A stretch of 64,000 bases of DNA from Octopus sinensis (taxonomy: Eukaryota), in assembly GCF_006345805.1 (NCBI RefSeq), contig NC_043015.1, positions 31,558,001 to 31,622,000 on the forward strand. Reading direction: 5' to 3'. Below are positions 39,262 through 51,454 of this stretch, piece by piece (the first letter of the stretch is position 1; each line of letters starts with the position of its first letter). The notes under the pieces are model-generated. The model had not been told where the DNA came from and did no database searches. It worked only from the letters and a program-made list of their open reading frames with translations. A program made the position numbers and the translations under genes.

Positions 39262-40015
39262 ACTCTTTACTCTTTTACTTGTTTCAGTCATTTGACTGTG
39301 GCCATGGTGGAGCACCGCCTTTAATCGAGTAACTCAACCCTGGGACTTATTCTTTTGTAAGCCCAGTACTTATTCTATCGGTCTCTTTTGCCGAACCGCT
39401 AAGTAATGGGGACATAAACACACCAGCATCGGTTGTCAAGCAATGCTAGGGGAACAAACACAAACACACACACGCATATATATACGACGGGCTTCTTTCA
39501 GTTTCCGTCTACCAAATCCACCGACAAGGCTATAGTAGAAGATACCTGCCCAAGGTGCCACGCAGTGAGACTGAACCCCGAACCATGTGGTTGGTAAACA
39601 AGCTACTTACCACACAGCCACTCCTGTATATATATAGAACATATATATATATTCTTTTATTTGTTTCAGTCATTTGACTGTGGCCATGCTGTAACATTGC
39701 CTATAGTTAAAGAAACCAAACCCAGGACTTATTCTTTGTAAGCCAAGTACTTATTCCATCATTTTTTTTTTATTCAAACTGCTAAGTTACGGGGACGTAA
39801 ACATACCAACATTGGTTGTCAAGCGATGGCAGGGAGACAAACACAGACACACATAAATATATGACAAGCTTCTTTCAGTTTCCATCTACCAAATCCACTC
39901 ACAAGGCTTTGGTCAGCTTGAAGCTATAGTAGAAGACACTTGCCCAAGGTGCTATGCTGTGGGAATGAACCTGAAGCCATGTGGTTGGGAAGCAAGATTC
40001 TTACCACCTAGCCAC
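39262..40015 (-). mobile_element. Two tandem SINE family A copies
   Basis: 39262-39627 and 39652-40015. Confidence 0.85.
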
Positions 40016-40038
40016 ACACACACACACAATAATATATA

Positions 40039-40218
40039 TAAATTAGAAAAAAACCCACCTTTTATCAATTCAATAATGAAAAATTAAATTACATCATCTT
40101 GAAAATTACATATAGAAAAATTAAATATATTTAATTTTTCTATAATATGTAATTTTATAGATGGTGTAATTTAATTTTTCATTATTGAATTGATAAAAGG
40201 TACCTTTTTTCTAATTTA
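40039..40218. repeat. AT-rich near-perfect palindrome in (TA)n
   Basis: TAAATTAGAAAAAA...CCTTTTATCAATTCAATAATGAAAAATTAAATTAC mirrored around about 40128. Confidence 0.85.
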
Positions 40219-40242
40219 TATATATATATATAAATACACTCA

Positions 40243-40398
40243 CGGAGTGGTTGGCGTTAGGAAGGGCATCCAGCTGTAGAAACATTGCCAGATAAGACTG
40301 GAGCCTGGTGCAGCCATCTGGCTTCCCAGATCCCCGGTCGAACCGTCCAACCCATGCTAGCATGGAGAACGGATGTTAAACGATGATGATGATGATGA
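40243..40398 (+). mobile_element. SINE family C 3' end
   Basis: GGAGTGGTTGGCGTTAGGAAGGGCATCCAGC...(GAT)n. Confidence 0.8.
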
Positions 40399-41094
40399 AA
40401 TACATGCATGTTTATACATGTATATATGTGTGTGTATTTGTGTGTACCCTTGTCTTGACATCATGTGATGACTAATGAGTATCACAGTCATGCAAATGAC
40501 ATTGTCCATTTTCAAAATTCCATTAAAAATCATGCCTGGCTATTGGGAAAAAAATTTAATTACCTGGAAAACAAGTGAGTGTCACTGACTGGATGGGCAT
40601 CCAACCATAGGAAATTTTCCTAAACAAATTCCATGTAATTCATGTCAAGCATGGAAAATGACAGTAACGATGATTAGCACTAAGCTTAGAGTCACCACAT
40701 TTTAACTGCTATGTTCAAAGTATGGCTTTGTCATGGTGAACGCATCATATTTTTAAATAGACTCTCCAGGATGTTTATGTCACACCTACAAGTGAACCTG
40801 TGTTTAAAGCATCTCATCAGCAGGTGTGACTACTGTGGGGACACTTGATTTTTTTCGATGTCATGTTATATTCAAGAAACGGACATTCTAATGTGAGAAA
40901 TACGGAGAAAATTTCCCGAATGGCATCAGTAGTAACATACGGAATATATGTGAAAGATTATTGGTTTTAGTGCTTCCATAGGATTTCCTTGACCCAACAA
41001 AGCAAAAGATTTCAATTGTCTTCCTTATCGTCATCTTCACTGTCATCTTTGTCATCATCATCATCATCACAGCAACAACATAACAACAATAGTG

Positions 41095-41580
41095 GCGGTG
41101 AGCTGGCAGAACCGTTAGCATGCTATGGGAAATGCTTTGTGGTATTTCGTCCACTGTTATGTTCTGAGTTCAAATTCCACTGAGGTCGACTTTACCTTTC
41201 ATCCTTTCGGGGTTGATAAATTAAGTACCAGTTACACACTGGGGTCGATATATATATTTCTTTACTGCCCACAAGGGGCTAAACATAGAGGGGACAAACA
41301 AGGACAGACGAAGGGATTGAGTCGATTATATCGCCCCCAGTGCGAAACTGGTACTTTATTTATCGACCCCGAAAGGATGAAAGGCAAAGTCAACCTCGGC
41401 GGAATTTGAACTCAGAACGTAACGACAGACGAAATACCACTAAGCATTTCACCCGGCGCGCTAATGTGTCTGCCAGCTTGCCGCCTATATACTGGGGTCG
41501 ATATAATTGACTTAATCCATTTGTCTGTCCTTGTTTGTCCCTTCTGTGTTTAGCCCCTTGTGGGTAGTAAAGAAATAGGT
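41095..41580. mobile_element. SINE B (+) containing a nested antisense SINE B (41253-41490)
   Basis: ACTGGGGTCGATATA duplicated at 41238-41252 and 41491-41505 around the inverted copy. Confidence 0.85.
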
Positions 41581-41589
41581 TTTCTTAGA

Positions 41590-41810
41590 AAATAGCAAAG
41601 TACCAGCACCTACCCATTCAGTTATAGGTGTTTTAGAAAGTGCAGGTAAAAATGTATCCCTGTAGTCATAGGTACATTAAGAACTATCCCTAAAGATTTC
41701 AACAAATGGATTGAGGAAATAGGCATAAAACCTGGTTTAGTGCAGCCCCAGAAAACAGTATTATTTATTAATGACAGCTAAGACACTTAGGAAGGTTCTT
41801 GACATCTAAG
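41590..41810 (+). mobile_element. R4/NeSL-type LINE 3' end
   Basis: PVVIGTLRTIPKDFNKWIEEIGIKPGLVQPQKTVL...KTLRKVLDI-stop. Confidence 0.7.
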
Positions 41811-41989
41811 TTTGTTGTAGCCCGATGCTAGGAATTTTTTTCCAGCTGTCTAATCTGTTGTGTGTATAATAATGGTTTCAAATTTTGGCTCAAGGCCAGC
41901 GATTTGGGGAGAGGGGATAAGTCAGTTACACCAACCCCAGTACTCAAACAGTACTTGTTGAATTCTATAAAGGATACATCTGTAAGTGG

Positions 41990-42290
41990 ATTACTAAACC
42001 ACTTACACGCTACTTCAGTGCACTTGGTAGTTCAGTCGATAGAACTGAAAACTCGTGGTCAGAAATTCTTATGGATATCCATTGTGGTATTGTTTCTTTG
42101 TCATATCTGTGCTTCCATGCGAAAATACATTTGCTTAAAACACACTCGTGATATAAATGTGTAGGTTTATTGTCATTGTGATTCTTCCAGACTCATCGAT
42201 GACTAAGAAAAATTGATATTAGTCAACATCAAGACTTTATTTAGACATGAGGAAATGATCCACTTAACCAACACCTAATCAGATATAAAT
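41990..42290 (-). pseudogene. hAT/Charlie transposase remnant, copy 1
   Basis: Minus-strand QFFLVIDESG (DESTD-like); colinear with 46400-46690. Confidence 0.5.
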
Positions 42291-42903
42291 ACACGTATAA
42301 ACACACACACACACTTTTATGTATATATATATATATATGTATATATTGGTCACGCTGGGGGAAGAAGAGTAAAATAACAAATGGAGTGGGAATGGGTGAC
42401 AGTCAGAGGTGGAAAAGCAGGTAAAAAAGATTCTAAAATTTTGCTCTGAAGACGCTGGCAGTTTACTAAAAATAGAACTGCAAATTTTGATTGTAGATTG
42501 TATACAGTTTATCAGTTACATACACACAGACACACACACACACACATAAATATATAGACCTAATTAAATATTAAACACTTTCGTTTTCAAAATATTAGTT
42601 TACATAACATATATTAATGTCATGTGAACGATAATTATATATATATATTTTCCTATTTTTCTTTTGGTACATAGTTCATTATCCATCTTTGCCTTTTCTA
42701 ATACAAGCCATCATTTCCTTTTCCAAGTAAAGGATAACAAATTTTACTGATTTCATCAATGTACAACAATAAAAATAACATGCACACACACACACACACA
42801 CACACATTTAGACACTCACGCATACATAGACATGTATGTATATGCATGCACATTGGTAAGTGTGTATAAATATGTGCATGTATGACTGTATGTATAAACT
42901 TAT

Positions 42904-43510
42904 ATCATCATCATCATTATCGTTTAATGTCTACTTTCCATGCTAGCATGGGTTAGATGATTTGACTGAGGACTGGCGAACCAGATGGCTGCACCAGGTT
43001 CTAATCTGATCTGGCCCTTCCTAATGCCAACCACTCCGAGAGTGTAGTGGGTGCTTTTACGTGCCACCAGCACGAGGGCCAGTCAGGCAGTACTGTCAAC
43101 GGCCATACTCAAATGGTGTTTTTTATGTGCCACCTGCACAGGAGCCAGTCCAGCGGCACTGGCAACAACCTAGCTCGAATGTTTTTTCACGTGCCGCCGG
43201 CACAAGTGCCAGTGAGGCGACGCTGATTATGATCACGCTCGAATGGTGCATTTTACGTGCCACCAGCATGGAAGCCAGTCAGCTACTCTGGCAATGATCA
43301 CGCTCTTCGTACTCCACTAGCAAGGATGCCTGTCATCGAATTTGATTTCGATTTCACTTGCCTCAACAGGTCTTTGCAAGCAGAGTTTAGTGTCCAATGA
43401 AGGAAAGGTACACATAAGTGGGCTGGTTACACCCCTGGCATAGGCCACAAGGTTATGGTCTCACTTGCGCTTGTCGGGTCTTCTCAAGCACAGCATATTT
43501 CCAAAGGTCT
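42904..43510 (-). mobile_element. SINE family C, long form
   Basis: As 38242-38710. Confidence 0.75.
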
Positions 43511-44336
43511 TTGGTAAGTTTAATTTGAAATTAACAAGTAGTAGCCATATTTTCACATCTCTGTGACACTCACTTTAAAAAACTATACCTTTTTGTTTCA
43601 AATTTTCAAAAACTCAAAAAAAACCCACTTTTTCTACTTTGACGAGACCAAGCAAGTTCCTGGTACCATGTGTAACTGGTGTCACTAAAGTGAAATCCTC
43701 AAAAACAAAAATAAAAACTAAAAACGGATGAATAGGGACAGATGATTAAAAGAAAAAGTAATAAATAAAAACGAAAAGCTGAATCTGTGTGTGTTTGTGT
43801 GCAAATATATAAAGAATGTTGGTCAGAATTTTGGATCAAACTGGCTTTGGGAAGTGACTGACAGGTATGCATTTGTGTATATATGGGTATGTTTGTATGT
43901 ACATGATTGTGTGTGTTGCCATTTTGAATTCCTTTCTGTGATGGCACTTAAATTGACCCATGGCTATTAAAGACCCAACCACACACGCACACACACACAC
44001 ACACATTTGTTTTAGGTTTTGTACCCATTTGAACTGCAGCTATACACTAGATAATGTGGTAAGTCTTATGATCCAAAATTTAAATTCTTGCTTGTAGGAA
44101 CTTAAATTCACTACACAATGTAGACATTTTCTTCTAATGTGATGGAGATTAAACCAGTGAAATTTTGGATTTATTAATCCCTAATGAGGATAAGATATCC
44201 TTGAATTGACTACACACATATATATAACTACATGAGTGTATTTTTCCCTTGTTAACAATTAACATGGAAAAAATAGATCACTATACATATCCATCATTTT
44301 CTGTTAAAATGTCTTATTGACAAGTTTCATTTCTTC

Positions 44337-44423
44337 ACTTCCCTGAAGAGAAGATTACATTGTTTTACACCATTTATTCCTTGGAATAATATCAGTGAAA
44401 TCTTCGAAACATGTGTCGGAAGT
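44337..44423 (+). ncRNA. Type I hammerhead ribozyme with extended stem II
   Basis: ACTTCC-CTGAAGA-GAAGATT...AATCTTC-GAAAC-atgt-GTC-GGAAGT: 6-bp stem I, 7-bp stem II extended by CATTG/CAGTG, GUC cleavage triplet. Confidence 0.8.
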
Positions 44424-45139
44424 AAAAGTATTTGAATTATACCTGCGTTAAACTCCATTTATATATATATATATATATATTCACATGTAAATATACACGT
44501 ATATGTGTGTGTGTGTACACACACACATGTATCTATGTATGTATATGTATAAACACAGATATGCAGATCCACTCATATATTAGTATATACAAAATCATTC
44601 AGTTATGTATACATATGTACATACATATACGTATATAGATATAATTACTTTTATATACACATATGCAACATGTATGAGCACATTCACATGTATACAGATA
44701 TGTATGCACATATACATATAAAATTTCATATGAAAATTTGAAAACTATTATGGTTTCTCACAAAAATTTTCATATGTTCTAAATATTTTATAGTTGTAAT
44801 TCACCGATAACTTGTTTTGGTTTAATAATTTATGCCAGGAATATTGGTTTCAAATTTTGGCATAATGCCAGCAGTTTTGGTGGAATAGTTGATTACATCA
44901 ACCCTAGTGCTCAACTGATGCATGTTTTATCAACTCCAGAATGATGAACGGCAAAGGTTACCTCGGTAGAATTTGAACTCTGAGTGTAAAGATGGATGAA
45001 ATGCTACTAAGCATTTTGTCTGACATGCTGAAGATTCTGAACAGCAATATTAGTTTCAAATTTAGGCTCACCGGCAGCAGTTTCAGGGTAGTAGTGGGTA
45101 AGTTGATTATATTGCTTTCAGTGCTGCTGCTGTTGCTGT

Positions 45140-45490
45140 TGAGCGAACGGTCTTCGTCCCAGAGATCGCAAGACGGGAGAAGTCCGAAACGTGGTCCTTT
45201 GCTATTCGTAAGACCCGCAGAAGAGAAAGCAGTTCAACACCCGACACAGAGAGCATCGACGGATGGATGAATGCGCATCCAGGCTTAGCGGTTGCGTAGG
45301 AAGTCGGGGATAAGAAACAGGAAGAAAGAGTGAGAGAAAGTTGGGGCGAAAGAGTACAACAGGGGTTGCCACCACCCCCTGTCGGAGCCTCGTTGAGCTT
45401 TAGGTGTTTTCGCTCAATAAACACAGACAACGCCCGGTCTGGGATTTGAAACCGCGAGTCCGCTGCCCTAACCATTGGGCCATTGCGCCT
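45140..45490 (-). mobile_element. tRNA-headed SINE
   Basis: Reverse complement starts AGAGGCGCAATGGCCCAATGGTTAGGGCAGCGG...TTTCAAATCCC. Confidence 0.75.
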
Positions 45491-45601
45491 CTGCTTCCAG
45501 TGCTCAACTGGTACTTATTTTTCAAACTGGAAAGGATAAAAAGCAAAATTGACATGGGCAAAATTTGAATTCTGAATAATATAAATAAATGCTTTAATGT
45601 A

Positions 45602-45632
<31 letters not shown>

Positions 45633-46269
45633 ATATTTTTTTATTCTTTTTCTTGTTTCAGTCATCTGACTGTGGCCATGCTGGAGCACTGCCTTACAGC
45701 TGGCAGAATCGTTAGTATGCCAGGCAAAATGCTTAGCAACATTTCAGCTGTCCTTGTGTTCTGAGTTCAAACTCCACTGAGGTTCATTTTGCCTTTCATC
45801 CTTTGAGGATTGATAATGCATGTACCAGTTGAGCACTGGGGTTGATGGAATTGACTAGTCCCCTCCCCTGATATTTCAGGCCTTGTGCCTATAGTAGAAA
45901 GAATTATTATTTCTTAATATATCCCTGACTAATGAACCTATCCTTGTCCAAGCAGGATTTATGAGTCTACTGATGGGCTTGTTGCAAATTGGAGTTTGTA
46001 ATTGTCTAAAGTTGGAAAGACTTCCCTTTTAGCAAAACATTCTACTCTATCGTCAATTTGAATCCATTCTGCAAACAGATTAGCTTCATCCTTGACATCA
46101 TATATTTGCTAATTTCCGCATTTTTATATTTACAATAAAATAGCAACGCATTATATTTATCATTCCTAACTTTTCGTAAATTATAAGTGTTATAAAAAAA
46201 AAAGCAAACTTATTTTTTAGAGTTTTTAAAGGCACTGATATCAGTTTCAAGTTTAACTTGGAAGGGGTT

Positions 46270-46690
46270 AGAGCAATGTTTCTCAACTGGGGTTCCCTGC
46301 AACCCTAGGGTTCCAAAAATGGTTCCTATGGGTTCTGTGAGAAAGAGTGAGATGAGCTAATGCTAATTTCATGATTGTAATATTACTATACATGTCTGGG
46401 GAATACTAAACCAATTACACACTACTTCAATGAGCTTGGTAGTTCAGTTGATAGAACTGAAAACTCATGGTCAGAAATTCTTACGGATATCCATTGTACT
46501 AATATTTCTTTGTCATATCTGTGCTTCCATGCGAAAATACATTTCCTTAAAACACACTCGTGATATAAATGTGTGGGTTTATTGTCATTGTGTTTCTTCC
46601 AGACTCATCAATGACTAAGAAAGATTAATATTAGTCAACAAGACTTTATTTAGATATGAGGAAATGATCCACTTAACCAACACCCTAATT
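46270..46690. mobile_element. hAT/Charlie remnant, copy 2, with terminal sequence
   Basis: CAATGTTTCTCAACTGGGGTTCC terminus-like motif near 46273; 46400-46690 colinear with 41990-42290. Confidence 0.5.
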
Positions 46691-46744
46691 GTATATATTT
46701 AAATATATATACATGTATATGTATCTCTCTCTCTCTCTCTCTCA

Positions 46745-46798
<54 letters not shown>

Positions 46799-46821
46799 TA
46801 ATACTTTTGGGTTAGTTATAT

Positions 46822-46916
<95 letters not shown>

Positions 46917-47023
46917 TTATACTTTTTGGTTAGTTATATAAAAAAATTAAGAATTAAAAATTTTTTAATTTAAAAATTTTAAATTTTAATAATTCAAATT
47001 TTGAATTTTATATTATATATTAT

Positions 47024-47531
47024 ACTAGCAGTATCGCCCGGCGTTGCTCGGATTTGTAAGGGAAATAACTATATAAGCATTTTTAGAGAGTTACTTCCCT
47101 TATAAATTCGGGCTTTCTTAGCCATTTTTGTTTTGGTGTCTTCAAGCCATGAAGTCGTTGTTCTAAAAGAACGCTGGTCTCCTTCACAACGCATTACGAC
47201 GTTGATTTCTTTACACTCCCTTCCCCACAGCTTCACGAGGGAGGGAAGGGGGAGAAGCAAACAGGTGCAGGTGTGAGCGTGGACGCCAACTCCGCCGCCA
47301 TCGACACACGATGCATTTTATGCATTAAAATGGAATAAAAAATGATGTTAAATTATTTTTAAAATCGTAGACTCATCGTTGACGCGCGCTAATAGTCAGA
47401 CGGGCTCGATATGAATCACGACTATAAGATACCCGAATTTGGTTAAACTGCACCGCAAAATGTGGGAGGAGTTAGGAATCTAAATCGAAGGGGACAGACA
47501 CTCACACAACTAGAGTTTTATATATATAGAT
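47024..47531 (+). mobile_element. Non-autonomous Helitron/Helentron-like element
   Basis: 5' ACTAGCAGTATCGCCCGGCGTTGCTCGG and 3' GACAGACA...TTTTATATATATAGAT resemble Lep1/HINE-type termini. Confidence 0.6.
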
Positions 47532-48199
47532 ATATATTATACATTATATTAATTATATTTATTTTTTGTTTTTTATGTTTTGGTTTATGTCTATCACTGT
47601 TTGAGTTGCCTAATAGTGGTTTTATCTCTAATTTAATTTATATATATATATATATATATATTAGGCCTGGTTTTATAAAACCGGTTAAAACCGGTTTTAT
47701 ATTATGATCAGTAAAACCGAAACAGATTTGCCAAAACTGATTTTAAGGCTCGCTGTTTCTTTCTTGTTTTTTTTTTTTTCGCAAAACATTTCTCCATTTT
47801 TTTTCTTCTGAAGAAATATCGTTGAAACTGAACGAACTGAACTGTTGTCGGTCGCCTTTAGTTGTCTGTTTCATTGAAACATATAGCAACATATCAATTC
47901 TCACCTTCTTTTCCCTTGAACCTTAGATCAGCACCTTGTCATCTCCTTCGGTAACCCCCGGCTGACTCTTTGAATTTGCAGGTAATAGAGTTTATTCAGA
48001 GCAAGTCAAGGGGATGCTGTTAGTTTTCAGTCTGGTGATCTTTCCCGTTGAGCATATGTAATAATAACCAGTTCCAGATTTTTTGATAAAAAAAAGTGAA
48101 GAGATCGCCATAACAGACGACAGTGATCGCCATAACAGACGACAGTGATGATGAAGCCGACATAAGCCAACAAGACATACTTTGTCAAACAGATTTGGC

Positions 48200-48810
48200 T
48201 CACGAAAATGCTTGTTTTCCTCAGCCAAAACCTGAATTTAACAAAGTTTTAAATAAGGTAAGAAAAATTTCAAAACTTTTCCGTAAATCTTCTACAAAAA
48301 ATGAAATTTTGCAAGATTTTGTAGGAGCGAATTTTGATAACAGAGAATATAAACTTATACTGGATTGCAGAACTGGGTGGAATGGCATATTCCATATGAT
48401 TGAGAGATTTTTGGGAATTGAAAAGCTGTATTCCAAATGCTCCACGAGCAGAACTTTCCACAGATGCCCTTCGCTGACGAAGAATGGAAATCTCTCGATT
48501 TACTATATGGAATTCTGTATCCAGTAGAAATTATTTTGAAGACTATTTGCGTTGATGAAACGGGTTTACTGAAAGCAGAATATTCTTTAGAATTTTTATT
48601 GAATAAACCTAATATCGTCGGCAACCCTTTGATTCTAAATCTTATTGAAAGACTTCTGCATAGATATAATAAGAGAAGAAATGTCGAAAGCTTGACTCTC
48701 TTGAGGTATTTACATAACCCAAGGAAGTTTAAAGGTGAATCAATTTCTGGACCTTTTCTATTTTTTAACGAAACAACATTTAAGGAAGTATGCTGAACAA
48801 ACATAGGAGA
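48200..48810 (+). pseudogene. hAT transposase fragment
   Basis: LILDCRTGWNGIFHMIERFL (TRWNS motif), EEWKSLDLL..IL.PVE, RYLHNP; frameshifted. Confidence 0.85.
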
Positions 48811-48879
48811 TTATTTCCTGAACATGACGCTGAGAACACAACAGAATTATACAAAGAAAATGAAATAGGAGGGAACCGA

Positions 48880-49118
48880 AAAACAAGTGTTACTGTTGTC
48901 CCATCTACTCCCATGACTTTCGGAAACATTTTTTCACGCTCAGGGTTGCTGAAGCGTGGAATAAACTGCCTGCATCAGTTGTTGACTGCCATGACACTGC
49001 ATCCTTTAAGGCCCTTATGCTTCCCGAAATCCGTCGAAGCTACACCTGATTATATATACACTTTAGATGAGTTGTAGTGCACCTGAGCACTGTACACAAT
49101 TATTATTATTATTATTAT
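48880..49118 (+). mobile_element. CR1/L2-type LINE 3' end nested in hAT
   Basis: FFTLRVAEAWNKLPASVV...ASFKALM, (ATT)n tail. Confidence 0.75.
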
Positions 49119-49218
49119 GAAGGTAATGGACTCATTCGTGAATAAAACAAGCGCAATGAAGAATATGAATGAAGAGCCCAAGATGGTAACAGATGGATTT
49201 GAAATCTCTAATGAATTC

Positions 49219-49858
49219 GGGTACTATTTAAGAAGAGTGGTCCCGGTGCGCGCACTCGCGTAGTCGCGCATCTGCGCTAGCTAGTCGTGACTAGTCGATC
49301 CTACAACGACTACCTAGCAAAGTAAATAATTTTTTGTATCTTTTCGGTTTGGACGGCAGTTTTTAAAAATAATTTCCACGTAACTAAACACTTTTAAACA
49401 TCGTATACTGGTAGAATGTGTTTATAAACTATCTTTTTCTCTCGGCTTTATTGAGAAAATTCTATAGTTTTACGTAAGATATTTGTTATTTTTTTTTCTT
49501 CAATTTCTGCAATTTCAACCAATCAATGACGTCTATTGAGGTGAAAACATTCTGTGCCATATGAAAATGTCCCTCGTTTAAGAAACAGATTGGGTTTATA
49601 TACATTTCTGAAGAAAAAAAGATACCCTTTCCCCACCCCTAATCCTAACCCTAACTCTAACCCTAACCCTAAAACAGATACTAGGGTCATAATTATGTGT
49701 GACAATTTCATATGACACCGCTAGAAAAACTGCCGTTCAAACCGAAAAGATCCTAATTTTTTAAAAACAAAGTAAATAAAACACAAAGTAAGGATCAACT
49801 AGTCACGACTAGCTTGCGCGAGTGCACGCATCGGGACCATTCTTCTTAAGCAGTACCT
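49219..49858. mobile_element. GC-rich foldback element nested in hAT
   Basis: Arms GGTACT..TTAAGAAGAGTGGTCCCG.TGCG.GCACTCGCG...CTAGTCGTGACTAGT.GATCCT and the reverse complement at about 49790-49857. Confidence 0.75.
49336..49753. mobile_element. Mutator-type MITE (579-996 family) nested in the foldback
   Basis: TIRs GTATCTTTTCGGTTTGGACGGCAG / CTGCCGTTCAAACCGAAAAGATCC; 9-bp TAATTTTTT at 49327-49335 and 49754-49762; (CCCTAA)n-like tract. Confidence 0.85.
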
Positions 49859-49938
49859 GCGAAAACCGGTTTTTTAACCAGTTTGAGAATTATTTATACT
49901 TAAACTCAGTTTTGGGAATTATCGTTTTTTTGCGAGCC

Positions 49939-49992
<54 letters not shown>

Positions 49993-50314
49993 CAACTAGT
50001 GTTGGTGTGTTTACGTCTCCGTAACTTAACTGTTTGGCAAAAGAGACCGATAGAATAAGTACCAAGCTTAACAAAAAAAAAAAAAAATAAGCATAGTCAC
50101 AATCTAATAATTGAAACAAGTAAAAGGTAAAAAGAAAAAAAGACTTGTGCAATTCTCTGACAATTCTGTTAATCTACAGGTGTTTGGATTTGGCAGAGAA
50201 TTGCTAATTACCATAAACTAAACACCACAAGGGATTTTTTGTTTTGAGGAAATTTCAGAAAGAATAACAAAAGTGTTTATTTAATCTGAAAGATATTTCT
50301 GAATGTAATGTTGT

Positions 50315-50660
50315 TGTTGTTGTTGTTATTGTTGTTGTATAATGGTTAACGACTGAGTTGAGTGTTGGGTTGTGTGGGGGAGATTTTGGTTAAAGACTGA
50401 CTTGGAATCTATATCTGTGAGGGTGGTTGTCATGGTGGTGATTATGGTTGTAGTGGTGGTGGTGGTGGTTATAGTGCTGTTGCTGCTGCTGTTGCTGGCG
50501 GCCCTATGTGGTGGTGGTGATGATGTTGTTGATTGTGAAGGTGATAATGGTGATGGTAGTGGTGATGATGGGCATGGCAGTATTGTGGTGGTGGTAGCGG
50601 CGGCGATGATGATGATGATGATGATCATCATCATCATCACCCCCACACCACCACAAGCTC

Positions 50661-50693
<33 letters not shown>

Positions 50694-50720
50694 TACCTCC
50701 ACTACCACTACTACCACTGT
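50315..50720. repeat. Degenerate (GTG/GAT/CTA)n low-complexity tract
   Basis: Directly visible. Confidence 0.85.
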
Positions 50721-50842
50721 AACCACATTATTTAAAAAAATTTTTCTGTAGATGTGCTGCTGGAAAAAGAATTAAAGCCATTTAGGTAGAATTATTGGGT
50801 CATCAGAAAGCAATGGGTTGATGATGGCACTAGAATGTGAAC

Positions 50843-51340
50843 GACACGGTTAAAATGGATTTCTAATACGATCCATGTGTAATTTCAATTTGATTTTGAA
50901 ATTTCATTTTTGGCATTTGCTGTTTTAGTTCCCTAATCTTTTTAACTTGTTTCCCTTTTGGAATCTGCATTGGATAACTTTCATGTGTGTAACCCCATAT
51001 CTTGGGTAGTCCTTTGGAAGGCTACTGAAAATATTTACTTGTTTTAAGAATTTATATTTAATATCTTTCGTGTTTGTAATCCTATATCTTAGCACTAAAG
51101 TAAAGGTCTTGAAAATATTTATTGGTTAAAAGAATTTATAATTTAGAACTTGTGTATGTGTAGCCCATATATCTTAGGTAGCTCACTTTAAGAGTTTTGA
51201 AATGACACGGTTAAGATGGCTTTCTAATGTGATCCATGTGTAATTTCAATTTGGTTTGGAAATTTCATTTTTGGTATTTGCTATTTTAGTCCCCTAATCT
51301 TTTTAACTTGTTTCTTATTCAAAATCTGTATTGAATAACT
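50843..51340. repeat. Direct repeat of about 135 bp at 360-bp spacing with internal subrepeats
   Basis: GACACGGTTAA.ATGG.TTTCTAAT..GATCCATGTGTAATTTCAATTTG at about 50843 and 51204. Confidence 0.75.
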
Positions 51341-51454
51341 GGTTAGACTTCTGGAAGGAACTGGTTTTCAAAAAACAAAAAAAATAAAAGGAGCAAGGGT
51401 CCTTCCTGAGCCATAGGCTCATAAGACCAGTTTCCCAGATTCTCAGATTGAAGG

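Larger units (their letters stand above)
47662..49941 (+). mobile_element. hAT DNA transposon, copy 1, with nested insertions
   Basis: Termini TAGGCC...GCCCTA; ATATATAT flanks (8 bp, within (TA)n); AAAACCGG subterminal repeats; same ends as 54305-55589. Confidence 0.85.

Noticed and set aside
42435-42490. CTGAAGA with a plausible stem I (ttttgc/gcaaa)
   Set aside because: GAAA core and stem II missing
38400-43330. Spaced short repeats (GTGCTTTTTACGTGCCAC) resembling a CRISPR array
   Set aside because: Internal subrepeats of a eukaryotic SINE; irregular spacing, no cas genes
49630-49670. CCCTAA runs as telomerase RNA template or true telomere
   Set aside because: Short, degenerate and internal to a repeated MITE
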